NCBI RefSeq assembly: GCF_963921235.1
Contig: NC_086097.1
Location: forward strand, 45,200,001-45,264,000
Source of the DNA: Mobula hypostoma
Lineage: Eukaryota
Reading direction: 5' to 3'
DNA: 64,000 bases
The notes under the pieces were generated by a model that was given only the letters and a program-made list of their open reading frames with translations, searched no databases and had not been told where the DNA came from. The first letter of the stretch is position 1. The number at the start of each line of letters is the position of its first letter. This document shows positions 1-12,500 of the stretch, one piece after another. Made by a program: the position numbers and the translations under genes.

Positions 1-420
1 GTGGCCTAAAGCCGTGCAGAGAGCCATTGAGACTGCATCCGCTGCTGACCTATTGTGGTGATAGGCAAATTGCAATAGACAAGGATATCCTATTCTTTAA
101 GCACTTTCCATTACGTGGTTGCAAGGCAGGCTTAGCAGAGATGTTACAGGAGGCAGTTCACCTGCACAGCTTATCCCATTGGCTTATCCAGGGCAATGTG
201 CAATATGCAAATCTCATCACGGTAAAATAGAAATGGTCATGAAACTCCTATCATCTTATTACAACACTTTAAATAAATGTCTAACGCCCAATCCATCATC
301 TTTAATTAACAACGGACTTGATAGTTGCTAGAATTTTACGATGCTACTGTAACTCATCAACACCTTCCATGTATTTGCAAATATTATTTTTTTCTCTGGG
401 GAGCTGGGTGAAATGCTTAC

Positions 421-477
421 CTGATCTCCTATTTCTGCCCTGTTTATCTGCCTCTGTTCGCTTAGACGTTGCCTGAT
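421..477 (-). CDS. EML1: Candidate 57-nt cassette exon of EML1, encoding (D)QATSKRTEADKQGRNRRS
   Basis: Minus strand shows a pyrimidine tract (cttttattttcctcttctctgtctgtctgtctttg) then cctttag|ATCAGG...AGATCAG|gtaagc. The exon is 19 codons, phase 1-1 and stop-free in the frame leaving exon 2. No recognised homology; the call rests on splice signals only. Confidence 0.5.
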
Positions 478-799
478 CTAAAGGTCCATAAAAAGGTACA
501 TGTGGCAAAGACAGACAGACAGAGAAGAGGAAAATAAAAGGTAAGTGTGACAGAAGTATGAAAATTTCCAGAAAGAAACGTCTAAAGGTACAATAAATAA
601 AAGATCAAAGTGTTAAGCAAATGAAAGCAGAGTGGCTCTGAAAGGGAGACAGTATTATCCCAATGCAGACTGCAATTTAAAAACCTCTGAGTAAAGAAAA
701 GGAGCTCAAGATATATCAAAATAAATAGAGTTAGAGGGTCTCTAATTTAATTTCTAAAAAGCTTTCTAAAGATATAAATACTAATGCATTTTAACTGCC

Positions 800-1010
800 A
801 TCTTACAGCATTTCTGTTCTGTTTACTTTTGCTGTGCTTGACGACGTGCATTTTGAATTATATTTTATGAACTTATAGTATAACATTTTGGTTTACGTGC
901 TGTGTGTGATACTGTATGTTGTGTGGGTGCTCCACGGTCCAGAAGAACATTGTTTCATTTGTTGTATGGTATATATGTATAGTCAGATAACATTAAACTT
1001 GAACTTGGAT
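800..1010 (+). mobile_element. Rex1/Babar-like LINE 3' UTR fragment
   Basis: Similar to 25560-25747, the 3' UTR of a Rex1-like fragment; ends in an aaacttgaactt-type tail. Confidence 0.5.
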
Positions 1011-1850
1011 TAAAGTACAACCAAACGTAGATACGATGTTAAAGCTGAGAATGATTCCGAGAATGTTTTAAACCATTGCAATTACTGCTGTATGTACTGA
1101 TTTATACGATAATATCACCTGACAATAGAAAACTCCTAACCTATTCTCAAGAGCACTGCTTCAGCTTACTTTCACCACTAGAATAACCCAGGCAGTGGAG
1201 AAAAGAGGAGTGAACTTTGATTATTACATTTTTAGGACATTTCAGAGTTTAAACAAAAATCTCAATTTCTCAGTTTTGAAAAGAATTATCACTAAACCAA
1301 ATGTGAAGTGTTGCACCTTGGTAGCCCAAATGCAAAGGGACAATACATTGACAAGGGCAAGATCCTTAGGAGTAGTGATGAGCAGAGGATTGGGGTCCAA
1401 GTTCATAGTGTCCTGAAAGTGGCTACTCAGGTTGATGGGTAGTTCAGAAACAGGGTTGCCAACTGTCCCGTATTTGCCAGGACATCCTGTATATTGGGCT
1501 AAATTGGTTTGTCCCATACGGGACCGCCCTTGTCCCGTATTTCCCCCGCTAAGGTAGAGCATTCCTATGAAACCGTTTGTAAGCGGAAATGGCGCAAAGC
1601 GAAGAAGCAATTACCATTATTTTATATGGGAAAAAAAAATTGAGCGTTCCCAGACCCAAAAAATAACCTACCAAATCATACCAAATAACATATAAAACCT
1701 AAAATATCACTAACATATTGTAAAAGCAGGAATGATATGATAAATACACAACCTATATAAAGTAGAAATAATGTATGTACAGTATAGTTTCACTTAGAAT
1801 CGGGAAGATTAAACCAAAACCAATTTGTAGAAAAAAATCAGCATGTACAC

Positions 1851-1935
1851 GCATGCACACGTCACATATGCACACATCACGCATGCACACGTCACATATG
1901 CACACGTCACGCATGCACACGTCACATATGCACAC
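1851..1935. repeat. 15-bp tandem repeat with alternating variants, ~5.7 units, inside the MITE
   Basis: Units alternate gcatgcacacgtcac / atatgcacac(g/a)tcac. Confidence 0.9.
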
Positions 1936-1944
1936 ACAGGTGCC

Positions 1945-2499
1945 TAGGGTTGGCAACTTTCTCACTCCCAAATAAGGAACAAAAGTAGAAGTCAAATACG
2001 GGACACGTGTTTACCCCAAGAAAGACTACCATGACCGTGAAGCCTTGCGTGGGCACCTGTGTGCGCATGCATGACGTGCCCATACGTGGCGTGCACATGT
2101 ATGTATGTGCCGATTTTTTTCTACAAATCGGTTTTGGCTTAATCTTCCCGATTCTGTTCAGTGAAACTACACTGTATATACATTATTTCACTTTATATAG
2201 GCTGTGTGTTTTTCATATCATTCCTGCCTTTACTATATGTTAGTGTTATTTTAGTTCTTATGTGTTATTTGGTATGATTTGGTAGGTTATTTTTTGGGCT
2301 GGGAACGCTCAAAAAATTTTCCCATGTAAATTAATGGTAATTGCTTCTGCGCTTTACGCCATTTTGGCTTACAAACAGTTTCATAGGAACGCCTATCTTA
2401 GCGGGGGAAATACAGGACAAGGGCGGTCCCATATGGGACAAATCAATTTAGCCCAATATACGGGACGTCCCGGCTAATATGGGACAGTTGGCAACCCTA
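1945..2499. mobile_element. Second copy of the same hAT MITE inserted in inverted orientation inside the first
   Basis: Termini tagggttggcaact ... agttggcaacccta; perfect 8-bp TSD caggtgcc at 1937-1944 and 2500-2507; its body is the reverse complement of the outer copy. Confidence 0.85.
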
Positions 2500-4583
2500 C
2501 AGGTGCCTGGCTTCATGGTCATGGTAGTCTTTCTCGGGGTAAAAACAAGTGTTCCGTATTTGACTGCTACTTTTGTCCCTTATTTGGGAGTGAGAAAGTT
2601 GGCAACTCTATTCAGAAAGCATACAGCATGCTTGTCTTTATAAGTCAAGGCACTGAGTTTAAAAGTCAGGAAGTTATGTGCAGCTTTATAAAACTCTAGT
2701 TAGGCCACATCATGGTCACTCCTCTCTCCATGGCGCTGAGGCTATGAAGACTGCCCTGGCTGCTGTGCTTTCTGCCCATTAATATAATGAACTGATAAGC
2801 AAGGCTATTGGCCTACTCCAGGGTTCAGATCTGACTCAATTTTCATTTGGAATGTTGGTGTTCACTTCAATTGCTTGCATGTTTTCTGTATCTTTTTTCC
2901 TTTATCTCGTCCATCGAGTGTTCGTCTTTTATTTTAATTCTTTTGTTTTCTTTCGGAATTCCTGTTTTGTGGCTACCTGTGAGCAAGCAAATCTCAAGGT
3001 TGTATAATTTATACACTCTTTGATAATAAATGAACCTTGAATCTGGAGTATTGCATACAGTTCTGGTTGCTCCATTACAGGAAGGATCTCAAGGCTTTGG
3101 AGAAGGTTCAGAAGAGGCTTACCAGGACACTGCCTAGATCAGAGGGCATTTATTATAAAGGAGAGGTTGGATAAACTTGGCTTGTTTTCTCTAGAGCAGT
3201 GGAGGTTAAAGGGAGGCTTATAAGATTTCCTATAGCTGGAATGTCAATACCAGAGGGCCTACATTTAAGGTGAGGAGGGATAGGTTCAAAGATGATGTGA
3301 GGGGCAAGTTTTCTTCACACAGAGAGTGGTGGGTGCTTGGAATGTGCTGCCTGGGCTGGTAGTAGAGGCAGATACATTACGGATTTTTAAGAAATGTTCA
3401 GGTAGGCACTCAAATGTGAGGAAAATGGAAGGATATGGATATTGTGTGGCAGAAGGGATTAGTTTAGTTGGCCATTTGATTACTAATTTAATTGGTCTGG
3501 CACCACAATTTGGGCTGAAAAGGCCTGTTCTATGTTCTGAGTTCCAATACGGTTTCTGATGTAGGCTGTAAATGAGGGTAGCTTACAAAGAATTTCACAG
3601 CCAGATCAGACACAATATATCCTGTTAAACTGTTTGTAATAATCTGCACCTTCTATTAAGAATTTAGCAATGTTGTAATTAGCATAACTTAAATACTTGG
3701 TAACATGTACTTAAGGATCTTCAAGGTTAGACTTCTGTTGTGCCTATTCTATAGATACCCTTAGCTGTTTTCGTACCTCAAAGGATACACTTTCTGGTTT
3801 GTAATGATATTTCTACCTGAATGTACAAATTAAACCATCACATACCATTACAGTATGTTTGTGTTCTTTGTGCATAGAACAGGCTGAAGGGCCTGGTTCT
3901 GTGCTGTATTTTGCTATGACTCCTCTGACACTGGTCTGGAATCCAAAATAAATTTATTTCGGTAAATTACATTTTGGAAAATTCTGATTTAGACATTATT
4001 AAACTAAAAGTGCACATCTGCACCATTTCACCTACCATTGTGCCAGAATTTGATCTTGATTGCAAAAAGAGATGAGATTTTTTATGTTACCTTGCTTTAA
4101 GTATTAACTTTACTCTAAAAGTCCTTTGTAGTGTAAAGGATTGTGCAGAGCGAAGCCCATCACATCACCATAAGCAAAATCCTCTCTATAGTATTTCAAG
4201 ATAGAAACATAGAAACGTAGAAAATAGGTGCAGGAGTAGGCCATTCGGCCCTTCGAGCCTGCACCGCCATTCAGTACGATCATGGCTGATCATCCAACTC
4301 AGAACCCTGCACCAGCCTTCCCTCCATACCCCCAATCCCTTTAGCCACAAGGGCCATATCTAACTCCCTCTTAAATATAGCCAATGAACTGGCCTCAACT
4401 GTTTCCTGTGGCAGAGAATTCCACAGATTCACCACTCTCTGTGTGAAGAAGTTTTTCCTAATCTCGGTCCTAAAAGGCTTCCCCTTTATCCTCAAACTGT
4501 GACTCCTCGTTCTGGACTTCCCCAACATCGGGAACAATCTTCCTGCATCTAGCCTGTCCAATCCCTTTAGGATTTTATACCTT

Positions 4584-6797
4584 TTAATAAGATCCCCCTT
4601 CATCCGCAAACTTGGAGATGCTGCATTTAATTCCCTCATCCAAGTCATTAATATATATTGTAAACAACTGGGGTCCCAGCACTGAGCCTTGCGGTACCCC
4701 ACTAGTCACCGCCTGCCATTCTGAAAAGGTCCCGTTTACTCCCACTCTTTGCTTCCTGTCTGCCAACCAATTCTCTATCCACATCAATACCATACCCCCA
4801 ATACTGTGTGCTTTAAATTTGCACACTAATCTTTTGTGTGGGACCTTGTCAAAAGCCTTTTGAAAATCCAAATATACCACATCCACTGGTTCTCCCCTAT
4901 CCACTCTACTAGTTACATCCTCAAAAAACTCTATGAGATTCGTCAGACATGATTTTCCTTTCACAAATCCATGCTGACTTTGTCCGATGATTTCAACGCT
5001 TTCCAAATGTGCTGTTATCACATCTTTGATAACTGACTCTAGCAGTTTCCCCACCACCGATATTGGGCTAACCAGTCTATAATTCCCCGGTTTCTCTCTC
5101 CCTCCTTTTTTAAAAAGTGGAGTTACATTAGCCACCCTCCAATCCTCAGGAATTCGTCCAGAATCTAAAGAGTTTTGAAAAATTATCACTAATGCATCCA
5201 CTATTTCTTGGGTTACTTCCTTAAGCACTCTGGGATGCCGACCATCTGGCCCTGGGGATTTATCTGCCTTTAATCCCTTCAATTTACCTAACACCACTTC
5301 CCTACTAACATGTATTTCCCTCAGTTCCTCCATCTCACTAGACCCTCTGTCCCCTACTATTTCCGGAAGATTATTTATGTCCTCCTTAGTGAAGACAGAA
5401 CCAAAGTAATTATTCAATTGGTCTGCCATGTCCTTGTTCCCCATAATCAATTCACCCATTTCTGTCTGCAGGGAACCTACATTTGTCTTAACCAATCTTT
5501 TTCTTTTCACATATCTATAAAAGTTTTTACAGTCAGTTTTTATGTTCCCTGCCAGTTTTCTCTCATAATCTTTTTTCCCCTTCCTAATTAAGCCCTTTGT
5601 CCTCCTCTGCTGAATTCTGAATTTCTCCCAGTCCTCAGGTGAGCCACTTTTTCTGGCTAATTTGTATGCTTCTTCTTTGGAATTGATACTATCCCTAATT
5701 TCCCTTGTCAGCCACAGGTGCACTACCTTCCTTGATTTATTCTTTTGCCAAACTGGGATGAACAATTGCTGTAGTTCATCCATGCGATCTTTAAATGCTT
5801 GCCATTGCATATCCACCGGCAACCCTTTAAGTGTCATTTGCCAGTCTATCTTAGCTAATTCACGTCTCATACCTTCAAAGTTACCCATCTTTAAGTTCAG
5901 AACCTTTGTTTCTGAATTAACTATGTCACTCTCCATCTTAATGAAGAATTCCACCATATTATGGTCACTCTTACCCGAGGGGCCTCTCACGACAAGATTG
6001 CTAATTAACCCTTCCTCACTGCTCAATACCCAGTCTAGAATAGCCTGCTCTCTATTTGGTTCCTCGACACGTTGGTTCAAAAAACCATCCCGCATACATT
6101 CCAAGAAATCCTCTTCCTCAGCACCTTTACCAATTTGGTTCACCCAATCTATATGTAGATTGAAGTCACCCATTATAACTGCTGTTCCTTTATTGCACAT
6201 ATTTCTAATTTCCTGTTTAATACCATCCCCAACCTCACTACTACTGTTAGGTGGCCTGTACACAACTCCCACCAGTGTTTTCTGCCTCTGAGCATTACAC
6301 AGCTCTACCCATATTGATTCCACATCCTCCTGGCTAATATTCTTCCTTTCTATTGCGTTAATCTCCTCTCTAACCAGCAACGCCACCCCACCTCCTTTTC
6401 TTTCATGTCTATCCCTCCTGAATATTGAATATTCCTGAATGTTGAGCTCCCATCCTTGGTCACCCTGGAGCCATGTCTCTGTGACCCCAACTATATCATA
6501 TTCATTAATAACAATCTGCACTTTTAATTCATCCACCTTGTTACGAATGCTCCTTGCATTGACACACAAAGCCTTCGGGCTCGCTTTTACAACACTCTTA
6601 GCCCTTATACAATTATGTTGAAAGGTGGCCCTTTTTGATTTTTGCCCTGGATTTACCGGCCTGCCACTTTTACTTTTCACCTTACTACTTTTTGCTTCTA
6701 CCCTCATTTTACACCCCTGTCTCCCTGCACTGGTTCCCATCCCCCTGTTGTGAACTAACCTCCTCTCTTCTAGTCTCTTTAATTTGATTCCCACCAC
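4584..6797 (-). pseudogene. CR1 ORF2 (APE endonuclease + reverse transcriptase), truncated at the catalytic FADD motif
   Basis: APE motifs [38 protein letters not shown] motifs [36 protein letters not shown]; ends FADEGGSY* at a deletion junction. Confidence 0.92.
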
Positions 6798-6806
6798 TCA
6801 ACCATT

Positions 6807-7241
6807 CTAGTTTAAAGTCACCTCAGTAGCTCTCACAAATCTCCCCGCCAGGATATTGGTCCACCTAGGATTCAAGTGTAACCCGTCCTTTTTGTACAGG
6901 TCACGCCTGCGCCAAAAGAGGTCCCAATGATCCAAAAACTTGAATCCCTGCCCCCTGCTCCAATCCCTCAGCCACACATTTATCCTCCACCTCATCGCAT
7001 TCCTACTCTCACCGTCGCGTGGCACAGGCAGTAATCCTGAGATTACTACCTTTACAGTCCTTTTTCTCAACTCGCTTCCTAACTCCCTATATTCTCCTTT
7101 CAGGACCTCTTCCCTTTTCCTACCTATGTCATTGGTACCTATTTGTACCACGACCTCTGGCTCCTCACCCTCCCACTTCAGGATATCTTGGACACGATCA
7201 GAAATATCCTGGAACCTGGCACCAGGGAGGCAAACTACCAT
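6807..7241 (-). pseudogene. CR1 ORF1 C-terminal SGNH-esterase-like domain
   Basis: Motifs CLPGA, VQIGTND, DGLHLN are typical of the CR1 ORF1p esterase; lies immediately upstream of ORF2. Confidence 0.85.
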
Positions 7242-8631
7242 CTGGGTCTCTGGACTGCATCCACAGAATCGCCTATCTGACCCCCTTACTATCGAGTCCC
7301 CTATTACAACTGCCCTCCTCTTCCTTTCCCTACCCTTCTGAGCTACAGGGCCGGACTCTGTGCCAGAGGCACGGCCACTGTCGCTTCCCCCAGGGAAGCT
7401 GTCCCCCCCCCCAACAGTACTCAGATGAAACTGGTATCTTTTTCATAATGTCCAAATAATATTTGCTACATGTCTGAGCTGAGAACCAGGATTTTGTGTG
7501 TGTTACTCTGGATTTCTAACATCTCTAGAATCTCTTGGGTTTATCACTTTTATTGTCAGGGTTAGAAATTTGTTCTATTAATGCAAGATTTACATTTTAG
7601 TAACTTTTTAAAATGCATTGAATTATTTTTAACAGTTAAAGTAATCATCAACTGAGCGTCAAATACTCAAAAAGGGTCCCAAAAGCATTAATTAATTAAT
7701 TTTCTTATTTGCCTCAATTATAAGCAGTGTTATGTTAGAAACATCCATTTTCCCTGTGAGTCTAGTCTCTGAATATTCTTGAGTCTTTGGGTGTATTGAT
7801 ATGCTTCTGAAGACCTGGCTATCAAATGCCTATATGAATCCAAGTCTGGATTAGGTACTGATGCAACTTCTAAATCTGTAAACTTGAGTTTCAGGAACAT
7901 ATGGGGCGTGATGGTGTCTAGTTCCATAGAGAGAGCTAGATAAAAATATCTGACTGCAATGAAATGTAATTCCACAAGTAAGATCACCTCTGAATGTTCT
8001 TTACAGTTGGCTGAAGACGTCATAGTTGAGCTTCTTAGTAACTGAATGAAGACACCCAAACAGTAGATGATCATTCTGCTTAGGAATGTTCCACATTCAG
8101 CAGAGTTTGTGATGAGCTAATGCACTCAAGAGCAGAAGGGAAATGTTTTCTGTTCCTGATTGCCATCTGGTGGTTTTTATAAGAGCTACAGACTGCAGGG
8201 TCATTGGTTAAGCTGTGATGCCCCCTGTAGTTGAACAGCCTGCCAATTCTAAATGTCAACCGTTGTGCCCAAGTAATTGGAAGTGTTACACAATGGAGGG
8301 AAGAAGTGGAGAGAAAATTGTTAGTTTAATCATGGATTCTTGTCCAACATGCCTCAAATTTAAAATCTTGCATCTTCTTCTTTCCTTGCAACTCACCCTT
8401 TCTCCAAAATTCCAGTACCACTCTATATATATATTACGAATTACTCTCAAAGTATCCCTCTTCTTAGGAGCAGAATGTGACTGCTGTTATACTTTACTTT
8501 TAACATGGGTGACAGAGAATAACTTTCTTACAGTCAAAACAAGGCAAAATACATGCAGTCCAGTCTTTGCTCCAGACACTGGCTAGTCTGTGTAGTTAAT
8601 TGCACCTTCATATCTTATGGTTCTTTGTTAC

Positions 8632-8814
8632 CTTTGGTCGGCCCTTTCCTGTTCAGCATGGCCTGCTGCTCCTCAGAAACATTCAAGCGCCGGACCACGT
8701 CTGCCAGCGCAGACTTCAGCAGCTGAATCTCATCCTCCTGCATCTGGACTCTCTGCTCCAGAGAGGCGATTCGGTCGGTGACCTCCATGCTGCTGGCTGC
8801 AGAAGCACTGTCAT
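8632..8814 (-). CDS. EML1: EML1 internal coding exon (canonical exon 2), N-terminal coiled-coil trimerisation domain
   Basis: Translates (D)DSASAASSMEVTDRIASLEQRVQMQEDEIQLLKSALADVVRRLNVSEEQQAMLNRKGPTK, nearly identical to the human EML1 N-terminus as I recall it (about 4 conservative changes). Minus-strand acceptor ttgtcctcttccctcag|AT and donor AAAG|gtaac; 183 nt, phase 1-1. Confidence 0.93.
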
Positions 8815-9539
8815 CTGAGGGAAGAGGACAATACACACTGAGGAGACAATGAGCAAGAGACTCCGAAATCTGACAGAAGAGTGCTAAGGTCAACTTCAGC
8901 GAGTAATGGATGCGCCAGTCACCTTGAGAGCAGTCACCTTGTCTCAGCTCAAACTGCTTTGTCTGTGTGTGTTTCTAATTTTCTTTTATAGCCTGCGAGA
9001 GAAGCAGCTGATTAACTGACCGCATAATCATTTCTTAAAATACTTATCTGACTGAGGATTGGTCACACAAAGCAGTTCTTACATTGAGTTTGATTCAGCT
9101 GGCAACAATATAAAGGTAAAAAACAAAATACTCAACATTGCCTTAAAGACAATGCAAAAAAAATGGGTCTCCCTAGCCACTGATCTTAGTAATTCAACAA
9201 ATTCGCTTTGATTGCATCTCAGGTAATGCATAGCTAACATCCCTCAATAATCAAGTGGCTTAGGGATTACCTTAGAGATTTATACTTTTTAGTAGTTATC
9301 TCACAATGTACAGGAAATCATATTTACGACAAGGAACAATATTGCAGGGAGGGAGTGGGAAGTATCAAATGCAGCAAACAAGTAGTACTAAACTACTTGG
9401 TCAGTGGTTAGCACAGTGTTCTACGACATTGTTCACAGTACATTCTTTAAACTCTGGGCATACCTTTCCGACAAGCTATGTGACAATGGGAGGTACAGTG
9501 CTGATATAATATGTCTTACTCTATTCATTTTCTGGAATA

Positions 9540-12500
9540 ACTGACACTGTTCCTCAACAAACTGCGGTCCCCTGTCAGTGACGATGTGTTCTGGAACACC
9601 AATACTTCAGGAGAGGCTTCTCAACACGTCAACAGTGTGAGAGGCTTTTGGGAACTCTTCTGGCCACTTTGTAGCTGTATCAACTACTACCAAGAAACTT
9701 GTGCCTATGAATCATCTGGAAAAGTCCACATGAATCCTCTGCCAGAGCAATACAGACCATTCCCAGGAATGGAGAAGGTGTACCTTTGGCATCTTCTGGG
9801 TGTGTGGACATTGCAAACAGTACATGGCAAGCTTTTCAATTTGCTGACCTATCCCAGGCTACCAGGTGAAACTTTGAGCCAACACTTTCATTTTGACCAT
9901 GCCTAGTTGACCATCATGTAGCTCCTCCAACACTTTAGCTCTCAGCTTGGATGGTACAAAAACTCGCAATCCCCACATAAGACAACCCCAGTCATGGGCA
10001 AGTTCGTCACGGTGTTGGTAAAAATGGGGGAACTGAAATTACTGCTGCACATTCCAACCACTTTGGGTTGCCATGTTGTCCTGATTTCTGGTTTCCCTTT
10101 GGGTTCATCTCTACCACAACAGGGAGACTTTTGATTTGCAATAAGGGGAATATATCAAGAGGAATGTCCTCTTTTGTAAATTTTCAGCTATTTCCTTTTC
10201 CAAGTGTAAATGGGACAATCCATCAGTATTTCCATGATTTGTTGTAATTGCATCCTCCAGAAAACACCTCTGTATTTGTGCTGCTGATGTTAATGGAACA
10301 CCTCCCGTGGACTTAAAATGAAACTAGTGGTTGATGATCAGTAATGAGGATAAATGTTCTCCCATACAAGTACTGATTGAAATATTTTATACCCCAGACC
10401 AATCTCTGTCAATCTGTGCATAATTTTCCTCTGTCATGGTCAGAGGACATAATGCTAAGCTATGGAGTGTTCACGTCTATCACTCATATTATGTGACATG
10501 ACTGCACCTATACCAAAGGGCCTGGTGACACAGGCAACCTTCACTGGGTAAAGTGGATCATAATGTGTGAGTACAATGTCTGATGTTACCATTTCCTTCA
10601 CCTTTTGGAAAGCTACCTCACACTGTTTTTTTCCCCCATTGGCATTTCTTTCCGATCAAGGGGTAGAGTTTGCAGGAACCTATTATTGTAATTGACAAAC
10701 CCTAAAAAGGACCAAAGTGCGACACATCCTTGGGTCTTGGGGCATCCACCACAGCTTGAAATTTCTCAACACGCTTGTGCAAATCTTGTGCGTCAATGGT
10801 GTGGCTGCAGTAAGTGATGCTTGATTTAAAGAATTCATACTTGTCATATCATGCTTTGAGCCCATAATATTCTAATATTTTTAACACAGACTTGATATTT
10901 TGGAAATGTTCCATGTCATCTTCAGCAGTAACAATGATGTCACCCAGGTAACACTGAGTGCCTGGGCAGCTTTACTGCACCTGCACCATAGCTTTATGCC
11001 AAATTGTAGGTGCAGATCCTACTCCAAAGATAAGCCCTTTGTGAGTGTTTATGGTGAGACACACTTTGGACTCTTCTTCCATCTCTGTCTGTCTGTAGGT
11101 AGGCCTCAGCTAAGTCCAATTTGCTGAAGTGTTTCCCCTCCAGAAAAATTTGCTCTAATACCCTCTATCCTGGGCAGAGGGTATTGATCTACTTTCAGTA
11201 CTGGGTTGATGGTGACCTTGAAATCACCACAGATCCTAACAGACCCAGCTTTCTTGGCCTCTGGAGCTGCCGGCATTGCCCATGGGCAAAACCTTGGAAA
11301 AAATTCTTTCAGCCTTCATGCAATCCAGCTCACTGGCTACTTAATCCCAGATGATATAAGGAACCGGATGGGCTTTGTAAAACTTGGTTGTGGCATTTTC
11401 ATTTAAGACTATTTTACCCTTGATATGTTTAACTTTTCCAATGCCATCCTTGAACACTGCTGCAGCATCATCCAGTACCTTTAATGCACTTTCAGTCGAT
11501 TGTGGCATGCACATTATGGTGGATGTCCAATCAAATTGTAGTTGTCTCAGCCAATTAACAGCCCCACAATGTTGGGCCTCCTGTTTTTACCACATACAAG
11601 CCCAATGTGGCTTGTTAGTTGTATTTCACTGTTAGGAATGTTAATACCACAGGAGTAATCTTTTCTCTAGTGTAAATTCTTAATTGGATATCTGTGGGCT
11701 TCAGCTCAATATCTTTGAAATGCTGTTCAAACTCATTTTGTGGAATGACCAAAACAGCCAAGCCAGTGTCCAATTAATTAATTTGCCATTCATTTCTGGT
11801 GTAAGCCATACTGCTTGTCATTAGTTATTTTACACATTGTAAATCTCAAGCCTATCTAATCCTATGTCACTCTCATTTTCATCAACAGCATGCTGATTAG
11901 TGCTTTTTTTGAAACTGCAGCTTGACATTTTATCTCTTTCTCTTCCCTTTTTATTTTATTTACCGGACATGCTCTTTGTCTGTGTCCTACTTTGTTGCAT
12001 TTTCTGCAAATTTACCCTTTAAACCTGCATTGGTCTGATTTATGTAAGCCCCTGCACAATGGTAATACAATTTGTTTGACCAGTCAGGTTTCTGTTTAGA
12101 CATTGCGATTTTGTTCACACTCACTTTCATTCCTGACTGCAACTCAATTGCGTCTCTGGCTGCTCTTTGCATTGACACAGTGATTTCAACTGCTCCTTTA
12201 AATGTAAGTTGTGCTTCAGTTGGGAGCCATTTCTGAATGCTGTCCCATAAGATTCCACAAACTAAATGATCTCTCAGGGCATCATTCAGCCCATTATCGA
12301 ACTGACGATGTTTTAGACAATTTCTTCAATTCATCCACATAAGATGAAATGGACTCTCCTTTTTTTATTCCACTTATGAAACCTAATGTGTTCTGCAAGC
12401 AACAATGGTTTTGATTATGAATATTCCCACGTTACATTCACAATATCAGTAAAGCTCATTTCGACTGGTTTTATTGGGAGCAGGTAAACATCTAAATTGT

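Larger units (their letters stand above)
1451..2610. mobile_element. Non-autonomous hAT DNA transposon (MITE), outer copy
   Basis: Termini cagggttgccaact ... agttggcaactcta; perfect 8-bp target-site duplication (TSD) ttcagaaa at 1443-1450 and 2611-2618. An 8-bp TSD is typical of hAT. Confidence 0.85.
1230..3545 (+). mobile_element. Old CR1 LINE 3' fragment interrupted by a nested hAT MITE pair and a ~330-bp insertion (~2712-3040)
   Basis: Degenerate CR1 ORF2 C-terminal sequence resumes across both insertions (gtggctactcaggttgat|...gcatacagcatgcttg; ctggagtattgcatacagttctgg; ttcacacagagagtggtgggtgcttggaatg). Confidence 0.75.
4201..7422 (-). mobile_element. Young CR1 LINE, 5'-truncated in ORF1, with an internal deletion in RT
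   Basis: ORF1 esterase and ORF2 APE-RT are present; 3' UTR ends in a (tttctatg)n tail at 4201-4223; highly similar to the copies at 14587-15137 and 57118-59117. Confidence 0.95.

Noticed and set aside
1..165. Possible extra minus-strand exons (gtgcag|GTGAAC...CCAC|gtaatg at ~115-161; caatag|GTCAGC at ~49)
   Set aside because: Weak pyrimidine tracts, a non-triplet length, a ~65-nt intron and no similarity to the next EML1 exon (ARPL...); the window edge prevents further evaluation.
1753..2243. ORFs with CICDVCMRD or MHTSH repeats resembling metal-binding proteins
   Set aside because: They are translations of the 15-bp minisatellite and the MITE body.
5662..6291. Long antisense ORFs (also 58379-59050, 57956-58360, 6940-7459)
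   Set aside because: Shadow frames opposite CR1 ORF1/ORF2, with no independent evidence.
8615..8893. The 92-aa ORF as a standalone gene
   Set aside because: Only 8632-8814 is EML1-like; the flanks are intron read-through past clear splice sites.
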